This document shows, piece after piece, positions 8,147 to 17,347 of a stretch of 26,014 bases of DNA; position 1 is the first letter of the stretch, and each line of letters starts with the position of its first letter. The stretch is taken from positions 1 to 26,014 of the IMG/VR virus record IMGVR_UViG_3300014169_000134; one strand, 5' to 3'. This stretch comes from a virus (taxonomy: Duplodnaviria > Caudoviricetes). A program made the translations under genes and the position numbers. Under the pieces are notes generated by a model. The model was given only the letters and a program-made list of their open reading frames with translations, did no database searches and was not told where the DNA came from.

Positions 8147-9043
8147 CTAAAGGAAAGGAATCGGACCTGATACTGAAGGATCACCTGTACTAAAGGCACT
8201 AAGATCAACTTGTCCTGAAGTTAAACCTGAAGTATCTATAGCTCCTCCAGGACTCATTCCAGCAGTAGGATCTGCTACTGCTGAGGCAAATGCAGGAGAA
8301 GCTCCAGAAGAGAAAGAAGAAGGAATTCCTCCACCTGAAGTATTAGTAGCAGCATGACCAGAGGCTCCAGGAATTACAGCACCTATATCTGAAGATATAT
8401 CACCCATTACATTTCCAAAAGTACTCCATCCTGAAGTAGCTACTTCCTTAGATGCTGCACCTTCCATTCCACTAAGAATTGAAGAAGTTAGTTGCTCCTG
8501 AGATTGAGTTAAATTAGCAGATTCTCCTGCTATAGATGCAAATTCTTGTCCTTGCAGTGCAGAATCAGCAATAGCAGCTACGCTAGAATTGGCCCCAACT
8601 CCACCAGCTCCAAGAGCTGCATTAGTATTAGCCTGTGTTGTAGCCATCTGAGGTTGAAGAGAAGCTATATATTCCTGAAGCACAGTTGAATTTGTACCAC
8701 TCATTGAATTAAGAAGAGAGAAAAGAGAATCACCTACTCCAGCTCCGTATATATCATTAAGCTGCTTTTGCAAAGCATTCTGCCCTGCATCTGTTCCACT
8801 AGTAATAAATCCTTGCTGTGAACTAGTAGAAGTAGGAGTAGCTCCAGCTATAGGAGTTCCTGTAGGCGAAGTTGCTGTAGTACCCATAGGCTTTGGCGTA
8901 GAGTACATAAAAGGATTCTGTGTAGCAGTTGGAGAGCCAGGAATACTTCCTGTACTAGTCCCATGCCCCGGCGCACCTATGCTTCCAACAGAAGGATTCG
9001 TCTGGTTATTCCCTGCTGGATTTGAAAAAGGAATAGATCCCAT
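8147..9043 (-). CDS. Putative DNA pilot/ejection protein, 298 aa
   Basis: Gly/Ser/Thr/Ala-rich low-complexity sequence with a central helical core (AALGAGGVGANSS) and WSTFGNVMG; directly after the adaptor gene with TAATG coupling. Confidence 0.55.
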   Translation of the reverse strand: MGSIPFSNPAGNNQTNPSVGSIGAPGHGTSTGSIPGSPTATQNPFMYSTPKPMGTTATSPTGTPIAGATPTSTSSQQGFITSGTDAGQNALQKQLNDIYGAGVGDSLFSLLNSMSGTNSTVLQEYIASLQPQMATTQANTNAALGAGGVGANSSVAAIADSALQGQEFASIAGESANLTQSQEQLTSSILSGMEGAASKEVATSGWSTFGNVMGDISSDIGAVIPGASGHAATNTSGGGIPSSFSSGASPAFASAVADPTAGMSPGGAIDTSGLTSGQVDLSAFSTGDPSVSGPIPFL

Positions 9044-9777
9044 TATACACGCCCCATTCTAAGACGCATTGATTTCACTGAAGTAGTCTGATCTCTTCTT
9101 TCCTGCGAAGTACGTTGGAAGATTAAACCAGGAGTTCCTTCTTGTCCAGAAGAAAGCATAAACTTAGAATCTCCATATAAAGCAACATGAAGCTCTGCTG
9201 CTTTACTCTGTAGATTAAGATCACGAGCTGCCCGCATAGCAGTTGAATAAGAGAGAATATCTTTCCATGTATTAGGGAAGAATATAGTATCTAAATCAGT
9301 TCCTAAAGGAAAAGGATTCTCATGGATATATCTCATCGCTACTGGATAAGGCTGGTCAGGAACACAGCCGATCCAGATATTACCTTCATGCCTTGTCCAT
9401 GTAGTAGGAGTTCCAGGGACATTGATTAAGACTTCAATATCATCAATTGTTTTAAACTTTAGATTATAACCTGTATTCTGCTGTGTAGCTGAGGAGAGTG
9501 CAGCATAGCCATCTATATAGATAAAAAATGAATCTACTTTATTAAGCTCAAGCCCCTGATCTGCTGTAGAGAGAAAGAAATTAGGAGAATAGACTGCATT
9601 AAGAGGAGTTAAATTAACTACCGGCCCAGAGGTTTGAAGCCCAGGAAATTTATAATCCTCGCTCAGCTCTAAGACTGAATCTTGAACATAATTCAAGAGT
9701 GTAATTGGAGGAATAACTCTTCCTTGGAGCAGTGAAGAAATACGAGTCTCAAGCGAAGCTATTGTATAATAAGCCAT
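9043..9777 (-). CDS. Putative head-tail adaptor (tail tubular protein A-like)
   Basis: N-terminal T-I-x-x-L-x-x-R helix pair, GTPTTW...IWIGCVPDQPY, and FPNTWKDILSY helical C-terminus, typical of podoviral adaptors. Confidence 0.65.
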   Translation of the reverse strand: MAYYTIASLETRISSLLQGRVIPPITLLNYVQDSVLELSEDYKFPGLQTSGPVVNLTPLNAVYSPNFFLSTADQGLELNKVDSFFIYIDGYAALSSATQQNTGYNLKFKTIDDIEVLINVPGTPTTWTRHEGNIWIGCVPDQPYPVAMRYIHENPFPLGTDLDTIFFPNTWKDILSYSTAMRAARDLNLQSKAAELHVALYGDSKFMLSSGQEGTPGLIFQRTSQERRDQTTSVKSMRLRMGRV

Positions 9778-9786
9778 TCTTATCTC

Positions 9787-10185
9787 CTAGAATACATAAA
9801 CAGTAGCATTCGCAGTTGCATCACTCGGAGCGAGGGTTATCGTATTAACATCAGGAGTAACTGTTTGCCAGATATTAAGGGACTTATCTGAGTTAACTAA
9901 GTGAAAACCTATAGGTTGTTTAAGTAAGCCATGATTAATAGAAATTCCTGTTCCAGTAGTAGTCCATGCATAAGAATTCCCACTTGTTCCAGAAGCCCCG
10001 ATTCTAATTAAAACTCCTGAAGTATTCCCTTGGTTAAAAGCATTATAATTTCCAGTAGAATCCTTTCCAATAGGTTCTCCCATGCTAAGAGAGCCATTTA
10101 TCTGCTTATGTACAGACTGTGCCCATTGAAGCAACTGTGCTGGCATTCCACGAGCGAAATCTACTGGATTAAGAGTCTTTGCCAT
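9787..10185 (-). CDS. Small beta-rich tail-associated protein, 132 aa
   Basis: INHGLLKQP motif (H-x-L-x-x-x-P, common in tail proteins) and a C-terminal beta strand ATVYVF; lies between nozzle and adaptor. Confidence 0.5.
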   Translation of the reverse strand: MAKTLNPVDFARGMPAQLLQWAQSVHKQINGSLSMGEPIGKDSTGNYNAFNQGNTSGVLIRIGASGTSGNSYAWTTTGTGISINHGLLKQPIGFHLVNSDKSLNIWQTVTPDVNTITLAPSDATANATVYVF

Positions 10186-10197
10186 CTTCCCACCCCT

Positions 10198-12537
10198 TTA
10201 CACTGGCCTCTGAGCAGGCTCAAAGGAACCATAAAGTTGAATCTTAGAAAATCTAATAGAAGCACTTCCTGAGTCTATAAGTGAATCTACTTGAATAGTA
10301 AGTTGTGGGGAATGTGCTGTAAAAACCCCAGTTCCAAAGCCACTAGTAGGAAATATCTGAACTTCTATAGGATTTCCTCCCAAGGTATTAAACATAGCAG
10401 GAGTAAGAATTAACTGAGAGAAAGCAACTTTATTAAAGAGAAAATTAATAGTAACATCTTCCGTAACAGAGGCCCATAGGGAGAGATAAAGTGCATCAAT
10501 CGTTACGTCCCTTCCAAGAAGCAGCTCCTCTTGCGGAAAAGTAACAAAGCAAGGATTAGAGATAGAGTTATTATTCGGTAGCCCTTCAACGTAATAATAA
10601 AAAGCGTAAGAATAAACTCCACCAATCAAATTCTGCATTGCTACAGCCATTTGATTCTGATTAAATTCCCCACCTATAGGACGAACTGATGTAGAGGCTA
10701 TTGTACTTATATACTGCAAAGCAATGCTATTCAAATCAGCATAAGTAAGAGTCATCCAGGTTTGATTATCAGCATTATAAGCATAAACAGTTCCATCAAT
10801 CATAAATGCTATAAGAGGAAATACATCTCCTCCTAGGAATACTTGGCAAGCATTTGAGTCTTTTCCAACTAAATTTGAGGTACTAAGATTATTAAAAAAG
10901 GACATCTTAATCTTAGTTCCTATGGGAGTAAGAGTTCCTGAGATTTGAAATATATCAGTACTTCCTACGAATGCTCCAGTCTGGTCATACTGACAAACTA
11001 GAGAAGGAATTAAAGCTCCTTCCCCTGCATCTCCAAGGGAAATATGTGCGAACTGAAATGGAACTGTGCCACTTCCTAGAATCGTAGCATAGCTAACTCC
11101 CTGTGCCCTTATAATATATGCTGTATTATTAGTAACTACTAACCCAGAAAGGAAGTCTCCTATATCAGCTAATTGAGCAAATCCAGCTCCTGTTATATTT
11201 CCTGCTGTAGTAACAGGTGCCCATTCATCTAAAGTAGAAGCCCCAGTCCAAGCAAAGATCATATCCTGATTAGCTTGAGCTACTCCAAGCTGTGGAGTTA
11301 ATCCTAAGCCTATAAGAGAGCCTCCAAACTTACGAATTACCTTTACTCCATTATACATAGTTGAAGTTGTGAATAAACCAGGGCCACTAAATTTAAGAAT
11401 CATAGGCCCTATATTTGCTATGTATAAGGTTCCACCTACTGAAGTAAAAGATGCAGGTGAGAGAAATGAACGTGGAGCGATCGAAGACTGAGTAGCTACT
11501 CCTCCCTCCAGATTTCTTGGAACTAGAGCAGAGAAATAAAAAGGAGGAGGATACCCTGAGATAGTATTTGTGGAAATATCCTGTACTGTAATAGTATCCC
11601 CTGCAACTCCAGAAGAGTTAGCTGTTATAACTAAAGAGTAGCCATCAAGAGATGCACTCAACGTCACATCCGTAAGTGGCCCTACCATAGAGGCTACTAC
11701 TTGCTTTCTATTAAATCCAGAAACCCAAGAAGGCACCGTAACTGTCTGAATTCCAGAAGGCCCAATTATCTTAACTCCAGCTACAGATTGATTTTCTACT
11801 GAGGAAGTAGTTATTGCCCCAGTAGTATAGTTAACTCCAGCATTAAAGATTGAAACCGTAGCAATAGCAGTCCCGGTTAAGGTTAATACTCTAACCCATC
11901 CAGTTATATTAGACCCTTGCATAACTTCAACAACATCCCCTACTCCATAGCCTGAGCCTCCTGTTACAGTTATTCCAGTAATATTTCCCTGAGCATTAAC
12001 CGAAGTAATATTCCCCGTAGCTCCACTTCCAGTTGTAGGTGCTACTGTTGTAGTTCCAATGCAGTCAAGAGTAAGCGAGGCTTGCTGAACTATTGAAGTT
12101 GCATCATATAAAGTAACTGGGAGGGTATCTAAATTATTAAAAAGTGTATTCTCTGGAGTCCAGGAGAATATATAGAAGATATAATTCACTCCCGAAGGAG
12201 GGCCTACAAATGGAGTAGCTGAGTATGCAAAAGCATAATTTAATTGCCCAAAGACTGAATTATAGAAAGTTCCAAAACCTAGAAGATTCGGAGTAGCTGT
12301 TCCAAAAGGATTTCCTCTAATCCCTAGTTGCTGTAATGAAGCTACACATAATTTACCATCAACTATGATAAATCCATCTGCTGAAGTAAAACAATTAGGC
12401 GCAATATAAGCAGGAGGCTCAGAAGTATCCAAGCCTCCAAAGGGAGATTCTTTTCCTCCATAGGTAATTTCAAGAAGTTCAATCCCTGAGGGACGACCAA
12501 GTTGATCTTCTTGTGGAGTTGTCTTAATATGCCCCAT
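10198..12537 (-). CDS. Putative tail nozzle/stabilization protein (tubular B / P22 gp10-like) with inserted domains
   Basis: N-terminal FGGLDT...P..I motif and a beta-propeller-like body (GGTLYIAN, GALIPSLV, VYAYNADNQTW); 779 aa; synteny. Confidence 0.65.
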   Translation of the reverse strand: MGHIKTTPQEDQLGRPSGIELLEITYGGKESPFGGLDTSEPPAYIAPNCFTSADGFIIVDGKLCVASLQQLGIRGNPFGTATPNLLGFGTFYNSVFGQLNYAFAYSATPFVGPPSGVNYIFYIFSWTPENTLFNNLDTLPVTLYDATSIVQQASLTLDCIGTTTVAPTTGSGATGNITSVNAQGNITGITVTGGSGYGVGDVVEVMQGSNITGWVRVLTLTGTAIATVSIFNAGVNYTTGAITTSSVENQSVAGVKIIGPSGIQTVTVPSWVSGFNRKQVVASMVGPLTDVTLSASLDGYSLVITANSSGVAGDTITVQDISTNTISGYPPPFYFSALVPRNLEGGVATQSSIAPRSFLSPASFTSVGGTLYIANIGPMILKFSGPGLFTTSTMYNGVKVIRKFGGSLIGLGLTPQLGVAQANQDMIFAWTGASTLDEWAPVTTAGNITGAGFAQLADIGDFLSGLVVTNNTAYIIRAQGVSYATILGSGTVPFQFAHISLGDAGEGALIPSLVCQYDQTGAFVGSTDIFQISGTLTPIGTKIKMSFFNNLSTSNLVGKDSNACQVFLGGDVFPLIAFMIDGTVYAYNADNQTWMTLTYADLNSIALQYISTIASTSVRPIGGEFNQNQMAVAMQNLIGGVYSYAFYYYVEGLPNNNSISNPCFVTFPQEELLLGRDVTIDALYLSLWASVTEDVTINFLFNKVAFSQLILTPAMFNTLGGNPIEVQIFPTSGFGTGVFTAHSPQLTIQVDSLIDSGSASIRFSKIQLYGSFEPAQRPV

Positions 12538-12549
12538 CTTAAAGCTCCA

Positions 12550-12825
12550 TTACTTAGTACCAAGGAATAAATCAACTTCTCCAGTAAATGTTCCAGCAAA
12601 TGTAACAGGCCCAGAAAGCCATCCCAATTCATAAATAGGAATAGCTACATTCGCAGCAGTTGAGTAAAAAGTATAAGTCCTACCAGCCTCATCAATAATC
12701 TGAAAAGTCTGCCCACCTGCACTCATACCACTCCAGTTTCCACCCTTGATCTTAACATTCGCATTATACCCTGAAGCTCCAGGTGCAGTAATTTTCCAAA
12801 TTCTTCCTGTGAAATCATTAGCCAT
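12550..12825 (-). CDS. Small beta-rich virion protein, 91 aa
   Basis: GGAGG RBS; Gly/aromatic beta-rich composition; lies in the capsid-tail junction. Confidence 0.5.
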   Translation of the reverse strand: MANDFTGRIWKITAPGASGYNANVKIKGGNWSGMSAGGQTFQIIDEAGRTYTFYSTAANVAIPIYELGWLSGPVTFAGTFTGEVDLFLGTK

Positions 12826-12858
12826 CTAGGAACCTCCTTTCTTTTTTCACAGGAGTAA

Positions 12859-13572
12859 TTAATTAAGATTATAAGAGCAGTTCAATACACAACCATAGAA
12901 ATTAACCGTTCCACCAGCACCAGCAGTGAAGTTAACATTCAGAATAATTATAGTATCCCCATTCTGTGCTGGAACGATCATAGCTGGAGAAGTAACTGGA
13001 ACATTAATAACTTGAACCTGTGCTCCGATAGTAAGCACTAATCCATTAGTTCCAAGTGCAATGATATTAGTAACTACCGGCGCTACTCCATTTTGAAAGA
13101 ATGTTCTTGTAAGCCCAATCGTAGCAGCAGAGGCATTAACTGCTAGGACTTGATAGATTACATCAATCGAATTAATCTGAATTCCCTTTGGAATAGGCCC
13201 ATGTAGAATCCCTGAACCTCCAATCGTTCCACCTACTGTAGCTAGATTAGCTGCTGTAATAGGAGGAATCCCAGGTGCGAGAGCTAGAGGGCCTGAAGTA
13301 TTTGCAACTGTAGAAGGCCCCGAAGTTCCTCCCGCAGTTCCAAATTGTTCTTGATCTGTTCCATAAACTCCACTCCTATACATTGGAGCCTCTGGGGTAT
13401 GAAAGAATTTCGCTGCTGCTGTAGTAGGAACTACTTTATAAAGCAAACCCGCAGCAGGAGCAGCAGGGAGAGTAGAAACTGCTGCAAAATCCACAAACTC
13501 ATCTGTTCCAATAGCAAGGTGTAGATCAGTTTGTGGAGTTCCTTGTTCCCATTTTTGATCTGTAAAACCCAT
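12859..13572 (-). CDS. Putative virion structural/decoration protein, 237 aa
   Basis: Gly/Ala/Thr/Val-rich with an alternating beta-strand C-terminal domain; downstream of the major capsid gene. Confidence 0.5.
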   Translation of the reverse strand: MGFTDQKWEQGTPQTDLHLAIGTDEFVDFAAVSTLPAAPAAGLLYKVVPTTAAAKFFHTPEAPMYRSGVYGTDQEQFGTAGGTSGPSTVANTSGPLALAPGIPPITAANLATVGGTIGGSGILHGPIPKGIQINSIDVIYQVLAVNASAATIGLTRTFFQNGVAPVVTNIIALGTNGLVLTIGAQVQVINVPVTSPAMIVPAQNGDTIIILNVNFTAGAGGTVNFYGCVLNCSYNLN

Positions 13573-13600
13573 TCTCTTAATCCTTCCTGCGGCGCAGCCG

Positions 13601-13858
13601 CTAAAGAGTAATATCCTCTACTTCAGTATACATCAATGGTTCCCTGAGTTTCTCAACTGGAGCAAGTTCTTCTTTTCCATCTTCTAGAACTACAGCAATT
13701 CGAACTTCTAAATCCCCTAAAAGCATCTTATCAACGCATGTAGGGCATTTAAGAACTCCTCTTTGCCATGTGGCGTCTGCTATTTTAGTCTTCTCATAAC
13801 AAACGCCACAGTAGTACCAAGGGCCGGTTAGATGTGTATGTCGAAGCTCTTCACACAT
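13601..13858 (-). CDS. Small Zn-ribbon protein (CxxC...CxxC), 85 aa
   Basis: CGVC and CPTC motifs; GGAG RBS; immediately after the major capsid gene. Confidence 0.7.
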   Translation of the reverse strand: MCEELRHTHLTGPWYYCGVCYEKTKIADATWQRGVLKCPTCVDKMLLGDLEVRIAVVLEDGKEELAPVEKLREPLMYTEVEDITL

Positions 13859-13887
13859 AGAACTTACTCCAGTTCAGAGACTTAATA

Positions 13888-14844
13888 CTAAGGTCCCTGA
13901 GTTCCCCAAACTCCCTGCCACCGTGTAGCACCTGCACTCATCCTCAGACGAATCTTCTGTTTCAGAGCATCCGAGTCAAAGTCATCATCAAATGTAGTCT
14001 TTGGACGCTCACGGTGATAAACAGTAAGGGTTTGATCTTCCTTCTCCGCAGCCATGTACCAAGAAGCCGCAGCATTAAGCCACGGAACTTCCATATGCTT
14101 ATAGTCTTCAGGAAGGAGAGAGTTGATTGTATTATCCGAAGTATAAGGCTTTCCACTGCTTCCTAGAACTTCTCTAACCAAGAAACGAAGTTCAGGAGCA
14201 GTAATTACATATTTCCATCTCAGTCTAATTGGAAATCCCTGATTATCTACCATCCTAGCCGCATGATTCGTAGCGAGCTGAAGACCAGCTACGCTAAAAT
14301 CAATATCAGTACTTGGCCTATTAGGCCAAGTACCAGCAGCATAGATAACATTAGCAGAACCAGGAGCTAGATTAGTAGCAGGAGCCCCACCAAGAAGAGG
14401 ATGCTGGCTATAGAAGAGAGGGTTCCCATCTATAGTTTGAACATTTGTAGTAAACCCATTATTAAAGGTATACCAAGCAATAAGTTCCTGCGTAAATGCT
14501 GCGGAACGTGCAAGGAGGACTGGTCCTTTTTTAACTAGTCCATATTTATCATCATCCATCAATTCCTTACTTGTTCTCATAGCAAGTGAATAAGTAAGAT
14601 GAATATAACGCTTCGTTCCACCCTGAATCATTTCATTATAAGCAGAAGGAGCATTCTCTGGCTTCTCTTGAAGCACTGAGAGCCCAGCCATTTCCATTTC
14701 CTGCTCAAATTCATTATCAGAGGTTTTTTCATGGAAAACCTTAGGATAGTCGCTTTGCTTAAGTTGAAACTCCAACGCATCAAAGTAAATCTTTGACTGC
14801 CCCAGAACCATAAGTTGCGGAAATTTTGCCCTAACCTGTGCCAT
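13888..14844 (-). CDS. Major capsid protein (HK97 fold, Mu gpT-like family)
   Basis: Characteristic motifs: YSLAMRTSKELMDDDKY, DGNPLFYSQHP, VITAPEL, DDDFDSDALKQKIRLR...WQGVWGTQG; GGAGG RBS. Confidence 0.9.
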   Translation of the reverse strand: MAQVRAKFPQLMVLGQSKIYFDALEFQLKQSDYPKVFHEKTSDNEFEQEMEMAGLSVLQEKPENAPSAYNEMIQGGTKRYIHLTYSLAMRTSKELMDDDKYGLVKKGPVLLARSAAFTQELIAWYTFNNGFTTNVQTIDGNPLFYSQHPLLGGAPATNLAPGSANVIYAAGTWPNRPSTDIDFSVAGLQLATNHAARMVDNQGFPIRLRWKYVITAPELRFLVREVLGSSGKPYTSDNTINSLLPEDYKHMEVPWLNAAASWYMAAEKEDQTLTVYHRERPKTTFDDDFDSDALKQKIRLRMSAGATRWQGVWGTQGP

Positions 14845-14862
14845 TCTTTTTGTCCTCCTTTC

Positions 14863-15504
14863 TTAATATTCAACTTGAATTGCGGTTGGAAGGAACTTAA
14901 ACCTTACGCGAGCATTGACGATAAATCCATCTACAGGATTAACTCCAATAACCTGAACCACAGCATGTGCTCCAGTAACTCCACCGTCTACATACCAGAA
15001 GCCATTAGCATCAAGAGTCATGCCAAATTGTCCAGCAGTAGTATTAAGCATTGCCTGGGTAGGAGTATAGTTAGCTGCTACTGTTCCAGTAGAGTTATCA
15101 AAGATAGCTTCAAATACGTTATCTAGATTAGCCTCTACATACAAAGTCCGGCCGTCTGAAATAGGAGTTCCAAGTGCGATATTAACTGCATTTGGCTCAT
15201 TCAGTACATATCCATAGGTTTGAATCGCTCCAGTTCCACCAATAGGACCAAAAGGCATTCCAGGAGCGCCGAGTCCATTTGAGGCTAGATTCAACCCAAA
15301 GGATTCAGAAACACCAAGAATAGTATTAGTCCAATTAGTATTCGGCCAAATTGCAGCGAACCCACCAGCGTTCGCTGTAATAAGAGAGCCATTTTTAAAA
15401 CTCTGCGTAGCAGCTTCAGGGATAGCTGCTGTAAGAGGGGCTGTGTTTGCCCTATTCTGAATAGAAAGAATAGGAGTATGATAAGTTAGATTTGCCGCCG
15501 CCAT
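14863..15504 (-). CDS. Putative capsid decoration/cement protein, 213 aa
   Basis: Ala/Gly/Asn/Thr-rich beta protein (FKNGSL..., ILGVS, NVFEA) directly upstream of the major capsid gene. Confidence 0.6.
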   Translation of the reverse strand: MAAANLTYHTPILSIQNRANTAPLTAAIPEAATQSFKNGSLITANAGGFAAIWPNTNWTNTILGVSESFGLNLASNGLGAPGMPFGPIGGTGAIQTYGYVLNEPNAVNIALGTPISDGRTLYVEANLDNVFEAIFDNSTGTVAANYTPTQAMLNTTAGQFGMTLDANGFWYVDGGVTGAHAVVQVIGVNPVDGFIVNARVRFKFLPTAIQVEY

Positions 15505-15538
15505 TTAAACTTCCTTTCCGCGTCATAGACGCTTTTAA

Positions 15539-16288
15539 TTAGAGGGTAGAAGAGAAGAGTTCACTTGAAATTTCTCTCCCCTTCATATCCTCAGGTTCAT
15601 AAAGAGTCATAGCCCCTCTATGAATACTATCAGCGAGGTTAGGATCAGCTTGAATTACCTTCCCAAGCTCGCTATGAACTCTAGCTTTGCCGTGGATTTG
15701 CATTGTTTTTAGATAATTCTTCCTAATAGCCCCAAGATAACGAGATTTATGAATCCTCAAGCATACTACATCCCCATGGGCATAGTGATTATTAGCATCA
15801 AAGCTAAGAGGATGAGGAAATCTTTCATCTAAGTCTTCAGGCTTTACATACTCATACCCAGTAGCAAGGCATACTCCTAACCTCTCTGGCATTATATGCA
15901 CCCATCTAGCAGTATAATTCTGATCCTTTAGATGCACTGTAAGGAATTCAGGAGTTTCTTGTTCATATACTGGGATAGGGATATTAAGATTAGCAATATC
16001 TGCTTCTGTAATCTTAGACCAGTCTATTTCCTTAGGAGCTGTCGCTTGAGCCGAGGACGCAACCTTAGATTCTTCCTTCGCTTCGATTTTCTTCTTAATA
16101 TCTGTAATATCTTTAAGAAGTTCTAGAATACGAGGATCAAGTGATGCAGTTGAGTGTGCGGCGCCTAGCGGCGCCTGATCACCCCCCGTGGCCCCCCTTC
16201 CGGAGGGCGGTGCCGGTAGCGTAGTAGTTGTTCCAGCACTAGTAGAAGCTACTTGTACAGTCTTATCTCCAATCACAGTATTAGACAT
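15539..16288 (-). CDS. Head-module hypothetical protein, about 249 aa
   Basis: Start reassigned to the ATG at 16288 (MSNTVIG; GGGGAG RBS; overlaps the scaffold stop). RWV...GYEYV...GDVVCLRI core of the kind found between scaffold and capsid genes. Confidence 0.65.
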   Translation of the reverse strand: MSNTVIGDKTVQVASTSAGTTTTLPAPPSGRGATGGDQAPLGAAHSTASLDPRILELLKDITDIKKKIEAKEESKVASSAQATAPKEIDWSKITEADIANLNIPIPVYEQETPEFLTVHLKDQNYTARWVHIMPERLGVCLATGYEYVKPEDLDERFPHPLSFDANNHYAHGDVVCLRIHKSRYLGAIRKNYLKTMQIHGKARVHSELGKVIQADPNLADSIHRGAMTLYEPEDMKGREISSELFSSTL

Positions 16289-17027
16289 ACTCAATCTCCC
16301 CAACCTTCGCTGCTTTCTCCAGAAGCTTCATATAATCCGCAGTCTCCATCCCAGAAAGCTTTGCTGCTCTTATAATATCTGGAGTAATGTCAAAGGTTAC
16401 GTTGTCTTTATCCTGAGAATCAGTCCCCTTAGTATTTCCACCTGCGGGAGCGAATCTATTCTTAATCTTATTCTCCGAAATATCCTTCTGCTTCTTCCCT
16501 ACTACAGTGTAGTAAGTATTCTCAATTCCTGCGATTGAGTTTTGAAAAGCTAAAGGCTGCCCTGAGAGAATCCTATCTATCTCAGCTTTAATCTCCCCAG
16601 TGTAGTAAGGAAAATCTGAAGCTCTATCCTCAAATACTTCCCTGCGTTTATTCGAAGCCATCAGCATCATAAGTGCTTGAGTCTGAGGAGCTGTAATATC
16701 AGAGATAGCTTTCTTTGGATCCTCTAGGATTAAAACAGCTAAATTTTCATCCTCCGTAGCTTGCTGCTCAGGAGTTTTCGCTTTTTTCTTCCTCTCTAAT
16801 TCTGCTTTCTCCTTTTCTTTCTCAGTCTTCATCTCAGTAAAGAAAGCAGTAATAGAGTCTAGTCCCTTAAGCTTCTCATCCATTGAAGCTACTGAGGTCT
16901 TAAGCTCATCTACAGTTCTGAACCTCGCCTCTAACTCAGGAGGAAGTTCATCCTTCTTATCCTTCCTACCCTTATCCTTATCCTCATCCTCACTTTGGGA
17001 TGCCCACGATGGGAACCATTTAGCCAT
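16281..17027 (-). CDS. Putative capsid scaffolding protein
   Basis: Highly charged coiled coil ending in the helix-turn-helix-like ITPDIIRAAKLSGMETADY typical of scaffold C-termini; lies between portal and capsid. Confidence 0.7.
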   Translation of the reverse strand: MAKWFPSWASQSEDEDKDKGRKDKKDELPPELEARFRTVDELKTSVASMDEKLKGLDSITAFFTEMKTEKEKEKAELERKKKAKTPEQQATEDENLAVLILEDPKKAISDITAPQTQALMMLMASNKRREVFEDRASDFPYYTGEIKAEIDRILSGQPLAFQNSIAGIENTYYTVVGKKQKDISENKIKNRFAPAGGNTKGTDSQDKDNVTFDITPDIIRAAKLSGMETADYMKLLEKAAKVGEIEYV

Positions 17028-17347
17028 TATCCTACTCCTTCCAGGTTAAGAGGATCAAATACTGCATCCTTCTGTTTTTGATTCACTAGCTCAAGCTCTT
17101 CTAAACCTTTCTTTATCTCCTTTATCATTAAAGGTAAAGAACGAATAGAGCCAAGAAGATTAAGCTGTGCTGTTAAATTTGAGGCCTTTATTAAAGCATC
17201 TGCTTTCGTAAAATCCAGAGAAAAGAGCTGCTGGTTTAAATCCTGATACGAATTAAGAAGGAATTGCGCCAGTGGTTTGAAAGCCTCCAGTTGGTATAGT
17301 TCCTCCAGTTCTCTGAGTTTGGGCACTAGATCCTTTACTTTGTCCAT
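17027..17347 (-). CDS. Small helical protein downstream of the portal, 106 aa
   Basis: GGAGG RBS inside the portal 3' end; TAATG coupling to the scaffold gene. Confidence 0.7.
   Translation of the reverse strand: MDKVKDLVPKLRELEELYQLEAFKPLAQFLLNSYQDLNQQLFSLDFTKADALIKASNLTAQLNLLGSIRSLPLMIKEIKKGLEELELVNQKQKDAVFDPLNLEGVG

Noticed and set aside
16155-16220. GC-rich patch with GGCGCC inverted repeats inside the 249-aa gene
   Set aside because: Explained by a Pro/Gly/Ala-rich linker; no independent evidence for a separate element.
17253-17347. 95-bp overlap of the portal 3' end with the next gene
   Set aside because: Real, but a low-complexity portal tail overlapping the next gene is ordinary.
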